DNA of 64,000 bases from Chthonomonadaceae bacterium (GTDB lineage: Bacteria; Armatimonadota; Chthonomonadetes; Chthonomonadales; Chthonomonadaceae): NCBI GenBank assembly GCA_035650735.1, contig DASRGZ010000059.1:1-64000 (forward strand), written 5' to 3'. This document shows, one piece after another, positions 10,120-18,636 of this stretch. Position 1 is the first letter of the stretch, and every line of letters starts with the position of its first letter. The notes under the pieces are model-generated. The model made no database searches. It saw nothing but the letters and a program-made list of their open reading frames with translations, and was not told the DNA's origin. The translations under genes were made by a program, and so were the position numbers.

Positions 10120-11004
10120 ATGCCTGCCACGGGCACGATCTTAGATGCGACGTTCTTAAAGAAGCTGGAGCGGCTTTCCCTGGCGACCAAGCGGCCTTTT
10201 GCCGGCCAGATGAAGGGCGAAAAGCGCTCCGTGAAGCGGGGAACCAGCGTGGAGTTCGCCGACTACCGCGAATACGCCCTCGGCGACGACCTGCGCTACG
10301 TGGACTGGAACACCGCCGCGCGCCTGGAGAAGATGTTCCTCAAGCTGTTTGTGGAGGAGGAAGACCTCTTCCTGGCACTGCTGCCGGATACCAGCCGCAG
10401 CATGGACTTCGGCGACCCGAAAAAGCTGCACTATGCCATCCAACTGGCGGCGGCGCTCGGCTACATCGGCCTTTCCAACTACGACCGCGTGAGCGTCCAG
10501 CCGTATGCCGCCGCGCTGGGCAAGCCGCTTCCCACGCAGCGCGGCAAGGCAGGCGTGCTGCCGTTCTTCGCCTACCTGGAACAGCTAAAAGCCGGAGGCA
10601 CGACCTCCTTCGCCACGGCGCTGCACCGCTTTGCCGCCTCTGTGCGGTACAAGGGCGTGGCTATCGTCTTCTCGGATTTCTTCGATCCCAACTGGCAGGA
10701 GGGGCTGAAGGCGCTGCTGGCGCGCGGCTTTCAAGTGGCGGTGCTGCATATCCTCTCGGAAGAGGAGATCCATCCGACGCTGCGCGGCGACCTGCGCATC
10801 ATAGATAGCGAGACGGGGGAAAGCAAAGAGATGAGCGTCAATCCACAACTCCTGACGCGCTATCAGCAGACCTTTGACGCCTTCTGCGCCGAGATCGAAA
10901 CGTTCTGCCACCGCTACGGCATTGACTACCTGCGCGCCTCCACGGCCCTGCCCGTCGAGGACCTGGTGTTGAAGTACCTGCGCCGGGGCGGATTGGTGAA
11001 ATAG
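10120..11004 (+). CDS. DUF58 (vWA-like) protein
   Basis: GTSVEFADYREYALGDDLRYVDWN, MIDAS-like DTSRSM, FSDF. Confidence 0.92.
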   Translation: MPATGTILDATFLKKLERLSLATKRPFAGQMKGEKRSVKRGTSVEFADYREYALGDDLRYVDWNTAARLEKMFLKLFVEEEDLFLALLPDTSRSMDFGDPKKLHYAIQLAAALGYIGLSNYDRVSVQPYAAALGKPLPTQRGKAGVLPFFAYLEQLKAGGTTSFATALHRFAASVRYKGVAIVFSDFFDPNWQEGLKALLARGFQVAVLHILSEEEIHPTLRGDLRIIDSETGESKEMSVNPQLLTRYQQTFDAFCAEIETFCHRYGIDYLRASTALPVEDLVLKYLRRGGLVK

Positions 11005-11013
11005 GGAGCCACA

Positions 11014-12726
11014 ATGAAAGCCCTGCGTACCGTCAATATGATCTGGGAGCGGCGTTACCGGGGGACGTACCCGGTGGCGCGCTTTGGCCTGGCCGATGAC
11101 GGCACGGTGGTTCTGGCCGTGCCCCGCCCGCTGGAGGCCCGCGCCTACGACCTGACGCACCTGCGCCCGGACGGCAGCGCCGAAGTCCGGGCCGGCTTCT
11201 CCGTCGAAACGCTGCTCAAGCTGGAGGCCACGCCCTATGCCGACGATTTCCTGGGCATGACCGCCGACGACATCTATCTGTTTCGGGCCGGAAGCAAGAG
11301 CCGTTTCCTGGGCGAGCGCCGCATCTCCTATGTGGACGCGGCCCTGAGCGCCGACGGGCAGCGCCTGGCGGTCGGCTTCTCGGATATCGCGGGCGCAAGC
11401 TACATGCTGGCTTACGGCGAGATCGGGGGGCGTGTCCTCTGGACGCGGGACATGGACTCGGCCTTATCGGCGGTCACCATCAGCCGGGATGGCCGACAGA
11501 TCGTCGCCGGCGCGGAGGATGGGACGATCTGGCGGATGGACGCCGCGATGCAGGATATCTGGCGGTTCATGCAGGAGGAGGCCGTGCGGGCGCTGGCCTG
11601 TTCCGCCGACGGCAGCGCGGTCGCCTACGGCACGGCGGGCGGGGCGGTTGGCCTGATTGATGCGGAGGGGGCGCGGCGCTGGGAGGTGCGCGTAACCGGC
11701 GAGATCGCCGCGCTGGCGCTCTCCGGCGAGGGAACGCTCTGCGCGGTGCTGTGCTGTCCCGCAGAGGGAGGAGGGACGCCGCGCCTCCTCTGCCTGGTCG
11801 GGGAGGGACAGGTCGGCTGGGAGTATGCAGCGGAGAAGCGGCTGGTCGGCCTGTCGGTTTCGGCCAACGGCCTGTATCTGGCGGCGAGCGCGCGGGACGG
11901 CACGCTGGCGGTGTATGAGGTGGTGCCGGGCGAGGCGCAGGGCGTCGTCGGCGGGGCCGGATTGCCGGGCGCGACCGCGCTGGCCCGGTCCGGGGAACAG
12001 GCGGAGGCGGGCGACCTGGAGGGCGCGGTGAGGACGCTGCGCGCTGCACTGGAGGCCAACCCGGCGGATTGCGCGCTGTGCGAGGCGCTGATCGCGCGGC
12101 GGCAGGAGTGGCTTTCGGCGGTGCTGGCGGCGGCAGAGGCGCAGATGGAGGCGGGGGACCTGGATGCCGCCGTAGCCGCGCTGGAATCGGCGCTGCGCCT
12201 GGAACCGCAGGAGTCTTCCGTCGTTTCCCGGCTGGAGGCGGCGCGTCTGCGGCGGGCCGAGCGCCTGCTAGAGACGGCGCGCAGCCACGCGGCTGCCGGA
12301 GAGGGAGAGGCCGCCGAAGCTGCGCTATTGCAGGCCATTGCCGATGCGCCGCTACGGGTCGAGGCGCGTCGGGAACTGGGCGCTTTGCGGCAAGAGCGCG
12401 CCCAGGAGGCAGCCGCTGAGGCCGAGCGCCTGCTGGCCGAGGGCGACCTGGAGGGAGGAGTCGCCGCGCTGGAACGGGCGCAATCTCTGGCGCCCACCCC
12501 GGAAATCGACGAGAAATTGGCCCGCGCGCAGGTGGCGCACGAGTTCATGCAGGGAATCGCGTTCTACAACCAGAAGCGGTATCATGAGGCCGTTTTCCAG
12601 TTTAAGAAGGTGCTGGCGCGTGACCCCGAACACGGCGAAGCCCGGCGCTACCTGGGCTATGCGCAGAAGTTCGCGCAGGATACACTGACCGGCGATCTTA
12701 CCGACCGCTTCAGCCGGCTGGAGTGA
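11014..12726 (+). CDS. WD40/PQQ-type beta-propeller plus C-terminal TPR protein
   Basis: Repeated (L/I)S(A/R)DG blades in the N-half; helical TPR repeats such as YHEAVFQFKKVLARDPEHGEARRYL in the C-half; no signal peptide. Confidence 0.8.
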   Translation: MKALRTVNMIWERRYRGTYPVARFGLADDGTVVLAVPRPLEARAYDLTHLRPDGSAEVRAGFSVETLLKLEATPYADDFLGMTADDIYLFRAGSKSRFLGERRISYVDAALSADGQRLAVGFSDIAGASYMLAYGEIGGRVLWTRDMDSALSAVTISRDGRQIVAGAEDGTIWRMDAAMQDIWRFMQEEAVRALACSADGSAVAYGTAGGAVGLIDAEGARRWEVRVTGEIAALALSGEGTLCAVLCCPAEGGGTPRLLCLVGEGQVGWEYAAEKRLVGLSVSANGLYLAASARDGTLAVYEVVPGEAQGVVGGAGLPGATALARSGEQAEAGDLEGAVRTLRAALEANPADCALCEALIARRQEWLSAVLAAAEAQMEAGDLDAAVAALESALRLEPQESSVVSRLEAARLRRAERLLETARSHAAAGEGEAAEAALLQAIADAPLRVEARRELGALRQERAQEAAAEAERLLAEGDLEGGVAALERAQSLAPTPEIDEKLARAQVAHEFMQGIAFYNQKRYHEAVFQFKKVLARDPEHGEARRYLGYAQKFAQDTLTGDLTDRFSRLE

Positions 12727-12730
12727 GAAA

Positions 12731-13816
12731 ATGCAGACTCCTGTGGCTCAGGCGAAGGCAGTCGAAGAAAGCCTATCACTGATGCAGATAGCGCGCTTGC
12801 TCAACGCCCCGATCCCTTCGGAGGCGCGCGACCGGGCCGTCCGGCAGTTGTTGCCTTTCCTCTGGAGCCGCAAGCCCTGGCTGCGCTACCGCGCGCTCTG
12901 TACGCTGACCACGCGCATCTACCTGCCGTATGGGCTGCATCCGCTGGAGTGGCGGTCGTTCCCCAACATCTTCCGACGCAAGCTCCTCGCCCTCGGCTAT
13001 CGGCAGATGCCGGAGACCCCGGAACAGCGGCGCGCTGCCGTCAATGAGGCCCTGTTCGCGCTGCTGGAACGGATGGTGGCCTCGTTGGGAGTCTGGGTGT
13101 CCGTTTCCCTGGATGTCGCTGTAGATACCTGCGAGGCCGTCGGGCGGCTGGGGCTTTACGAGGGGGAGGCGCACCTGCTGAGTCTGCTATATTATTGCGA
13201 CCGTGGAACGTATGATCTGATGGGCAGCCTGCGCATGGCGATCATGCTGGCGCTGGCCGCGCTGCCGCCGGAGCGCCTGGAGCGCTTCTGGAAACAACTG
13301 AGCCACGGGCGACGCGATCAACGTGAGCTGCTGGCCGCTGCCATTCATTACATGAGCAACCCGGAAGCCGTTCCCTTCCTGATGCACGCCCTGCCCTACC
13401 AGACCGGCGAGTTTCAGGATCAGATCGCCCGACCTATTCTGCTCAAGCTGGGCAGCCTCGGCGACCTGAGGGCCCTGCCCGTGCTGCAAGGGATCGCCCG
13501 CGACGAGGACCATCCGCTGCGTCCGGTCGCGCGCAAGGCCATTCAGCGGCTGATGAAGCAGGCGCAGGGACATGAGGAGGTCACGCTGGTGCGCGCGGCG
13601 CAAGCCTCCACGCCGCATGCCGATACCCTGCTGCGGCCCGCCCGCGAGAGGCCGGAGACGGTCCCGGAGGAGCTGTTGCGCCCTGCCGAGTCGGAGAGTC
13701 AATCCGGCGCGCATTCCCGATCTATGCCGGAGCCGCAGCCAGGCCCCTTCCCTGTGGATGGAAACAATGAGGCCGCGAGAACTCCAGGTTCCAGGGGGTT
13801 AGAGGTGAAGGACTAG
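12731..13816 (+). CDS. HEAT-repeat protein with LLRP tail, paralog 1
   Basis: LAALPPERLERFW, AVPFLMHAL, LGSLGDLRALPVL; tail TLVRA/TLLRP/ELLRP. Confidence 0.8.
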   Translation: MQTPVAQAKAVEESLSLMQIARLLNAPIPSEARDRAVRQLLPFLWSRKPWLRYRALCTLTTRIYLPYGLHPLEWRSFPNIFRRKLLALGYRQMPETPEQRRAAVNEALFALLERMVASLGVWVSVSLDVAVDTCEAVGRLGLYEGEAHLLSLLYYCDRGTYDLMGSLRMAIMLALAALPPERLERFWKQLSHGRRDQRELLAAAIHYMSNPEAVPFLMHALPYQTGEFQDQIARPILLKLGSLGDLRALPVLQGIARDEDHPLRPVARKAIQRLMKQAQGHEEVTLVRAAQASTPHADTLLRPARERPETVPEELLRPAESESQSGAHSRSMPEPQPGPFPVDGNNEAARTPGSRGLEVKD

Positions 13817-13932
13817 AGCCCCTGGCCTGCGGATGGGAGCAATGAGGCCACTGAAACGCCGGCCTCAAGGCGACGGTCTGGCAGAAGGCCAGTACCCTGC
13901 CCTGCGGATGGGAACAATGAGGCCACTGAAAC
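13745..13932 (+). repeat. Three ~38-bp direct repeats at exact 75-bp period
   Basis: Consensus CCCTGCCCTGCGGATGGGAACAATGAGGCCACTGAAAC; the CCTG(C/T)GGATG core starts at 13751, 13826 and 13901. Confidence 0.85.
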
Positions 13933-14007
13933 TGTCAAACCGGTGACACGGGAAGAGAGGCCGCGTCCTGCCCCGCCTGCTGCGCAACGCCGCGCGGAGC
14001 CGTATTA

Positions 14008-14976
14008 ATGCCATTCTGGGATCGCCTGTTTAAAATCAACGTGCCGTCCACTTACCACTGGGAGCGTGTCTTTGCGCGTGCCCATGCCCTGGAACAGCGC
14101 GGGGAAGACCCGCGCCGCAACCCGGACATCGGCGAGGGGCTGGGCCTGCTCTGGGAGGAGAACCTGATCGCCCCGTCCGAATCGGCGACCTCGGCAGACC
14201 AGGCTTTCCTGCGGGATTTTGTCTGGTATCTGCGTCAGCGCACCCCCAAACCGCCGCCTGCGCCGGAAGCGCGATATCAGGCGGTGGTGGAAGCGCTGCG
14301 GGACGCCATCCGAGCCAACACGGAGGAGTTACGGCTGACGGAGGAGCCCTTCCCAATAGATAATCTGCGGCGGGCCATCTGGATGGTCGAGCAGTTGCAG
14401 GCGGCGGAGCTGCACGCTGTCTGCTGCGAACTGCTCGTGACGGTGAACGCCACCCTGATTCGGGAGCGGCAGGGCAATCGCGTTCCCCCATTGGAAAGTC
14501 TGCGCACGGAGCTGCACGGCTGCCTGGCGGCGCTGCCCCCGGACGCGATGCCGCGCTTCTGGGAGATGCTGCAAGCGGAAAGCACCTCCGAGGATTTCTG
14601 GCCGGTGGCCGCGCGGATGCGCGACCGGAGGGCGATGCCCTTCCTGCTGGAGGCGCTGCCGGTTGTGCCGCCGGATGGCCAGGCGATAATCGCCGTGACG
14701 CTGGGCAATATCGGCGATACGCGGGCCTTGCCGGCCTTGCAGCAGTTAGCCGCAGAGGAGACAAGCCTGGTGGCGCCCATTGCGAAGGAAGCCGTAGCGC
14801 GTATCCTGCGCACGAGCGGGGACGACGCCGCGCTGCTGCTGCGCCCCACCGACGCGCCCCACGCGGGCAGCGCCTCGAAAACGCTGCTGCGTCCTGCCGC
14901 CGCAACGCCCGCAGCGGCCAGCCGTCCCGAAGAATTGCTGCGTTCCAGCAACATGCCCCTGGAAAAGGAGCCGTGA
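14008..14976 (+). CDS. HEAT-repeat protein with LLRP tail, paralog 2
   Basis: LAALPPDAMPRFW, AMPFLLEAL, LGNIGDTRALPAL; tail LLLRP/TLLRP/ELLRS. Confidence 0.8.
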   Translation: MPFWDRLFKINVPSTYHWERVFARAHALEQRGEDPRRNPDIGEGLGLLWEENLIAPSESATSADQAFLRDFVWYLRQRTPKPPPAPEARYQAVVEALRDAIRANTEELRLTEEPFPIDNLRRAIWMVEQLQAAELHAVCCELLVTVNATLIRERQGNRVPPLESLRTELHGCLAALPPDAMPRFWEMLQAESTSEDFWPVAARMRDRRAMPFLLEALPVVPPDGQAIIAVTLGNIGDTRALPALQQLAAEETSLVAPIAKEAVARILRTSGDDAALLLRPTDAPHAGSASKTLLRPAAATPAAASRPEELLRSSNMPLEKEP

Positions 14977-14982
14977 CGATCC

Positions 14983-16053
14983 GTGGAGGCCCACGATGAC
15001 ATACGCATCTATCTAAAAGGCACGGAAACGCACCTGGCGCGCGCGTATATCGCGGCCGGGCGCGAGGCGCTGGCGAGTCCGCGCGCGTCACGGGAGCACG
15101 CGGAGGCGCGCACCGTCCCCGGCAGCCGCATCGCCCGGCTTCTGGCCCTGCTCTGGCACCCGGAGGCCGACATCCGCAAAGCGGCGGCGCTGGCCCTGGC
15201 GGGCGGGAATCGGGAATCGCGCTACGTGCCCCAGTACGGCCACTTCGCCAGCGCGTTCTTGAGTTATCTAACGAGCCACGCCCCGCACGCCCCGGCCAGC
15301 CCGGCGGAGCGATACGCGGCGGTCGTCCATGCCCTGCGCGTGCTCCTGGATCGCAACGCCAGCGATATCCGCGCCATGGGCAACATGAGCTACTCCTTCC
15401 TGGGCAGCGCGCTCTATCTGGCCCTGCTATATACGTGCCGGGATGTGATAGAGGCGGTACGCCGCCTGCGCGTCTCCGCTGCCCACACGGAGCTATGCCG
15501 CCTGCTCTGGCACCTATCGCATGTGAATCTCACGCGCCGGCTCAACAGCGAGGACTGGGTGACGCTGGTGCAGACGGCGTGCGCCGCCTTTGCCGCGTTG
15601 CCGCCCGACGAGATACCGGACTTCTGGCACAGCCTGATGCACCGCTCGCTGCCGCGTCGCCTGGCGGTCGCGCCGGTGCTGAGCCATCTGCGCGATGACT
15701 GCGCCGTGCCCTACCTGCTCCATGCGCTGAGGGAACAGCCGCCGTGCATCGCCCAGCCCATCATCGAATGCCTGGGACGGTTGGGCGACCCGCGCGCCCT
15801 GGCGCTGCTCCAGTGCATCGTCGAGGGGAGAGATCGCCTGCTGCGCAACCATGCCCGGCTCGCCATCGCCGCCATCGGGCGCGCCCACGCCAACGGACCG
15901 GCCCGCACGCTGCTGCGCCCTCTGGAGACCAATCCAGACGCCGATCCGGCCAGCCTGCTGCGCCCGGCCCACCCCACCGGGGCGATGGAACCGCCGGAAG
16001 AGATGCTGCGCGTCCCCGATCCGCCCTCCGACCCTGCCGGTGAAGAGCCATGA
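14983..16053 (+). CDS. HEAT-repeat protein with LLRP tail, paralog 3
   Basis: FAALPPDEIPDFW, AVPYLLHAL, LGRLGDPRALALL; tail TLLRP/SLLRP/EMLRV. Confidence 0.8.
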   Translation: MEAHDDIRIYLKGTETHLARAYIAAGREALASPRASREHAEARTVPGSRIARLLALLWHPEADIRKAAALALAGGNRESRYVPQYGHFASAFLSYLTSHAPHAPASPAERYAAVVHALRVLLDRNASDIRAMGNMSYSFLGSALYLALLYTCRDVIEAVRRLRVSAAHTELCRLLWHLSHVNLTRRLNSEDWVTLVQTACAAFAALPPDEIPDFWHSLMHRSLPRRLAVAPVLSHLRDDCAVPYLLHALREQPPCIAQPIIECLGRLGDPRALALLQCIVEGRDRLLRNHARLAIAAIGRAHANGPARTLLRPLETNPDADPASLLRPAHPTGAMEPPEEMLRVPDPPSDPAGEEP

Positions 16054-17336
16054 GCGATCCCAGGCCAGAATCATTTCATTCTGACCCCCACCCCCAAGAA
16101 CAGGGGAGGGGAGAGGCCCTCACCCCCAACCCCTCTCCCGCAGCGCGGGAGAGGGGGAACGGAGAAGCGGGGTTACCCCCTTCCCTAGCGAGCGACGAGC
16201 GGCCAGGGAAGGGGACCGGGGGATTAGGTGCAACTCAGGAGAGAGGAGACTTGGCTTCTCCTCTCCCCTCTCCTTACGAAGGAGAGGGGCCGGGGGGGAG
16301 GTCTTCTAGGGAGAGGGCCACAGGCGTACAGGCGCAGAGCGAGGAGGAGCGCGGCGTCTGGTCTCCGGCGCTCTCCTTTGGCGAGCCGGAGGAAACCCGA
16401 CCCGTCCCTGCCCCTCCGCAGGAGGTGCAGCTGCGCTGGGACGAGCGGCTGATCACGCTCTGGAACGCGCGCCTGAGCGTCGCCATCCAGGCCGCCGGGG
16501 AACTCTATGCCGTCGATAGCGAGGACCTGCTGCCTCTGGAGGACGTGGCCGACGATCTCTCCACGCAGTTCTGGCGCCTCTTGAGCAGCCAGCAGACAAG
16601 CCTGCCGCCCTCGGCCCCGGCCCGCTACTATGCGGTGGTCAGGGCGGTCTGGCAGGTATTGCAGGAGGTCCGTCAGGGGCTGGCGACGCCCGAGCTGCCG
16701 GCGAAGCTGGCGGTGGCGCTGCGCCCGGTACGCAAGCTGCGCCCCGGAATCCTGACGGCGGAAGTCTGCGCGGCGCTCTACTACTATCATCGCGGCGTCT
16801 GGACACCCTACCTGACCAAGCCGGAGCTCTGGATAATTCGGACGGCCCTGGCAAAAACCATTGCCGCGCTGCCGCCGGATGAAATGGACGCTTTCTGGGA
16901 GAACCTGCAAAGCTCCGATACGCTGATTCGCGACGCTATGCGGCTGGGCCTGACGTTCCTGCGCTCGGCTCATGCCGTGCCGCACCTGCTGCGCGGGCTG
17001 GAGCGGATTCCCGATAACGCCACCCGCGCCGCCATCGTGGATTGCCTGGAGGAGATCGCTGACCCGCGCGCGCTGGCCCCGCTGATACGGCTGCGCCAGG
17101 AAACCGCGCAGTATGATTGGCCGCTCTCCCGCCAGATCGCTCGCGCCATTCGCATCATCGAGCAGCAGAATCGCGACAATGGCCACCGCACGCTGCTGCG
17201 TCCCTCGGCGACGCCGGCAGATGACGAAGAGGCGCTGCTGCGCCCTGTCACGGCGGCGCCTGATACCCGGCAAGCTGCTGAAGCCGACCGCGCTCAATTG
17301 CTGCGCCCGGCTTCTGAGGAAGACGAGAAGACCTGA
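16050..17336 (+). CDS. HEAT-repeat protein with LLRP tail, paralog 4 (repeat-derived N-terminus)
   Basis: IAALPPDEMDAFW, AVPHLLRGL, LEEIADPRALAPL; tail TLLRP/ALLRP/QLLRP; ATGA overlap with the upstream gene. Confidence 0.78.
   Translation: MSDPRPESFHSDPHPQEQGRGEALTPNPSPAARERGNGEAGLPPSLASDERPGKGTGGLGATQERGDLASPLPSPYEGEGPGGRSSRERATGVQAQSEEERGVWSPALSFGEPEETRPVPAPPQEVQLRWDERLITLWNARLSVAIQAAGELYAVDSEDLLPLEDVADDLSTQFWRLLSSQQTSLPPSAPARYYAVVRAVWQVLQEVRQGLATPELPAKLAVALRPVRKLRPGILTAEVCAALYYYHRGVWTPYLTKPELWIIRTALAKTIAALPPDEMDAFWENLQSSDTLIRDAMRLGLTFLRSAHAVPHLLRGLERIPDNATRAAIVDCLEEIADPRALAPLIRLRQETAQYDWPLSRQIARAIRIIEQQNRDNGHRTLLRPSATPADDEEALLRPVTAAPDTRQAAEADRAQLLRPASEEDEKT
16117..16301. repeat. Three REP-like CCCCTCTCC...GGAGAGGGG hairpin elements inside a coding region
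   Basis: Copies at about 16117-16156, 16176-16228 and 16263-16301; same family as the intergenic copies at 21809, 22361, 26820 and ~32805. Confidence 0.8.
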
Positions 17337-17354
17337 TCTCCGGCCCGCACGCCT

Positions 17355-18467
17355 ATGAGCTGGAAGGATACAGAGGGAAAAGAGAGAGGCGAAAGTGCGG
17401 CCCGAAGCCGCCTCCAACGCCTGGAAGAGCTTCGCCTGGACCTTAGCCGCAAGAGCGCGGCCCGCCGCGCCTATGCTGTCGAGACGCTGCTCTCCCTGCT
17501 CTGGGTAGAAGAGGGCCGGGAGCGGCTGGCGGTCGCCTGTGCTCTCTGCGGCTACCCGCCGCAGGTTGGCAAGGCGGAAACGCCGCTCTGCGTCACGCGG
17601 CTCTGTTCCCGCCTGAGCCGCACCGTGCCCGACGACGATTTGCCGCTCCCACCCCCGGCCGCAGAGCGCATCGCCTGGGCCGGGCGCGCGGTCACGGCCC
17701 TGCTCACCGAGTCGCTGGATGCCCTCAAGGCGGCGGCGCGGGAGCAGACCGAGACGAATGCCCGTATCATCCACCGCGAAGCCAGGGTCTTGCAGGATGC
17801 GCTCGCGCTGGCGTGGTGTCTGCGCTTTGCCGAGACAGCCGAGCCGTGCGTGCGCCTGCTGCGTTTCCTGCCTGCCGAGCTCGTGCGCGAGCCAGGGCCG
17901 CTGGCGCACTACGTCCCCTTGCTGCGGGAGGCGGCGGCGCACGCACTGGGAGCCCTCGCGCCGGATGACCTCTCCGCCCTCTGGGACGCGATGGGCAGCC
18001 GGGACGCCGCCGCCCGCCGCGACCTGCTGCCGGCGCTGGACTATCTGCACGACCCGCGCGCCGTTCCCTACCTTACGCGCCTGCTGGAACGCCGCAACGA
18101 ATGGCCGGAGGGCGAGCTAATCGGCTGGTTCGTCGTGCGGGCCTTTGAGCGCATCGGCGACAAACGCGCGCTCCCGGCCTTGCGGCGGTTGGAGGCGCAG
18201 GGCCGACGTGGCACGCTGCACCAGGCGATGCGTCGGTTCCTACGCGGGTCCGAGGCGGGCTTAAGTTCCGATCTGAGGCTTGAGGTACAGCGCGTCATTC
18301 GGAGTCTGGAGCAGGGGAAGGACTCGCGCCAACGCAAAGAGTTGCTGCGGCCCGCCCAATCCCAGACCGGAGAACTGCTGCGGCCCGCCGTCGCCGCGCC
18401 GGAGGAGGAAGATTGGCAGGAGCGCGCCCAACTTCTACGTCCGGAGGAGGCTTCCCCCGAATTCTGA
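17355..18467 (+). CDS. HEAT-repeat protein with LLRP tail, paralog 5
   Basis: LGALAPDDLSALW, AVPYLTRLL, FERIGDKRALPAL; tail ELLRP/ELLRP/QLLRP. Confidence 0.8.
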   Translation: MSWKDTEGKERGESAARSRLQRLEELRLDLSRKSAARRAYAVETLLSLLWVEEGRERLAVACALCGYPPQVGKAETPLCVTRLCSRLSRTVPDDDLPLPPPAAERIAWAGRAVTALLTESLDALKAAAREQTETNARIIHREARVLQDALALAWCLRFAETAEPCVRLLRFLPAELVREPGPLAHYVPLLREAAAHALGALAPDDLSALWDAMGSRDAAARRDLLPALDYLHDPRAVPYLTRLLERRNEWPEGELIGWFVVRAFERIGDKRALPALRRLEAQGRRGTLHQAMRRFLRGSEAGLSSDLRLEVQRVIRSLEQGKDSRQRKELLRPAQSQTGELLRPAVAAPEEEDWQERAQLLRPEEASPEF

Positions 18468-18476
18468 ACGAGGATC

Positions 18477-18618
18477 TCCCGTTACGCCGGCGCCCTCTTG
18501 GCGCAGTCGCGGTTCCGTCCGCGAGGACGGTTGGCCGTAGGCCCACCAGACGGGTACTTTCAGTGCCCGGCTCTCAGGCGGTCACGCATGGTCGGAATAA
18601 GCCCGATCGCGTAAGGGA
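18477..18618 (+). ncRNA. Candidate structured RNA or leader (family not recognised)
   Basis: Closing stem TCCCGTTACGC/GCGTAAGGGA with four internal hairpins, including CCGTCC-GCGA-GGACGG (GNRA loop); G-U pairs favour the + strand. Confidence 0.4.
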
Positions 18619-18636
18619 AGTGAGGATAACGAATCG

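Noticed and set aside
13745..13932. Calling the 75-bp repeat a bona fide CRISPR array
   Set aside because: Only three imperfect repeats, partly homologous spacers, codon-multiple period, no AT-rich leader and no cas genes; kept as a repeat and a finding.
16224..18050. 608-aa ORF on - strand, and similar long antisense ORFs (5143-6348, 20226-21647, 54285-55265, 62913-63929)
   Set aside because: They overlap well-supported genes on the opposite strand and have low-information Arg/Ala/Gly-rich translations.
18560..18580. CTCTCAGG as part of a glycine riboswitch (also CTTTCAGG on the minus strand at 17-24)
   Set aside because: The GGAGA and CCGAAG elements of the aptamer are not present in the required arrangement.
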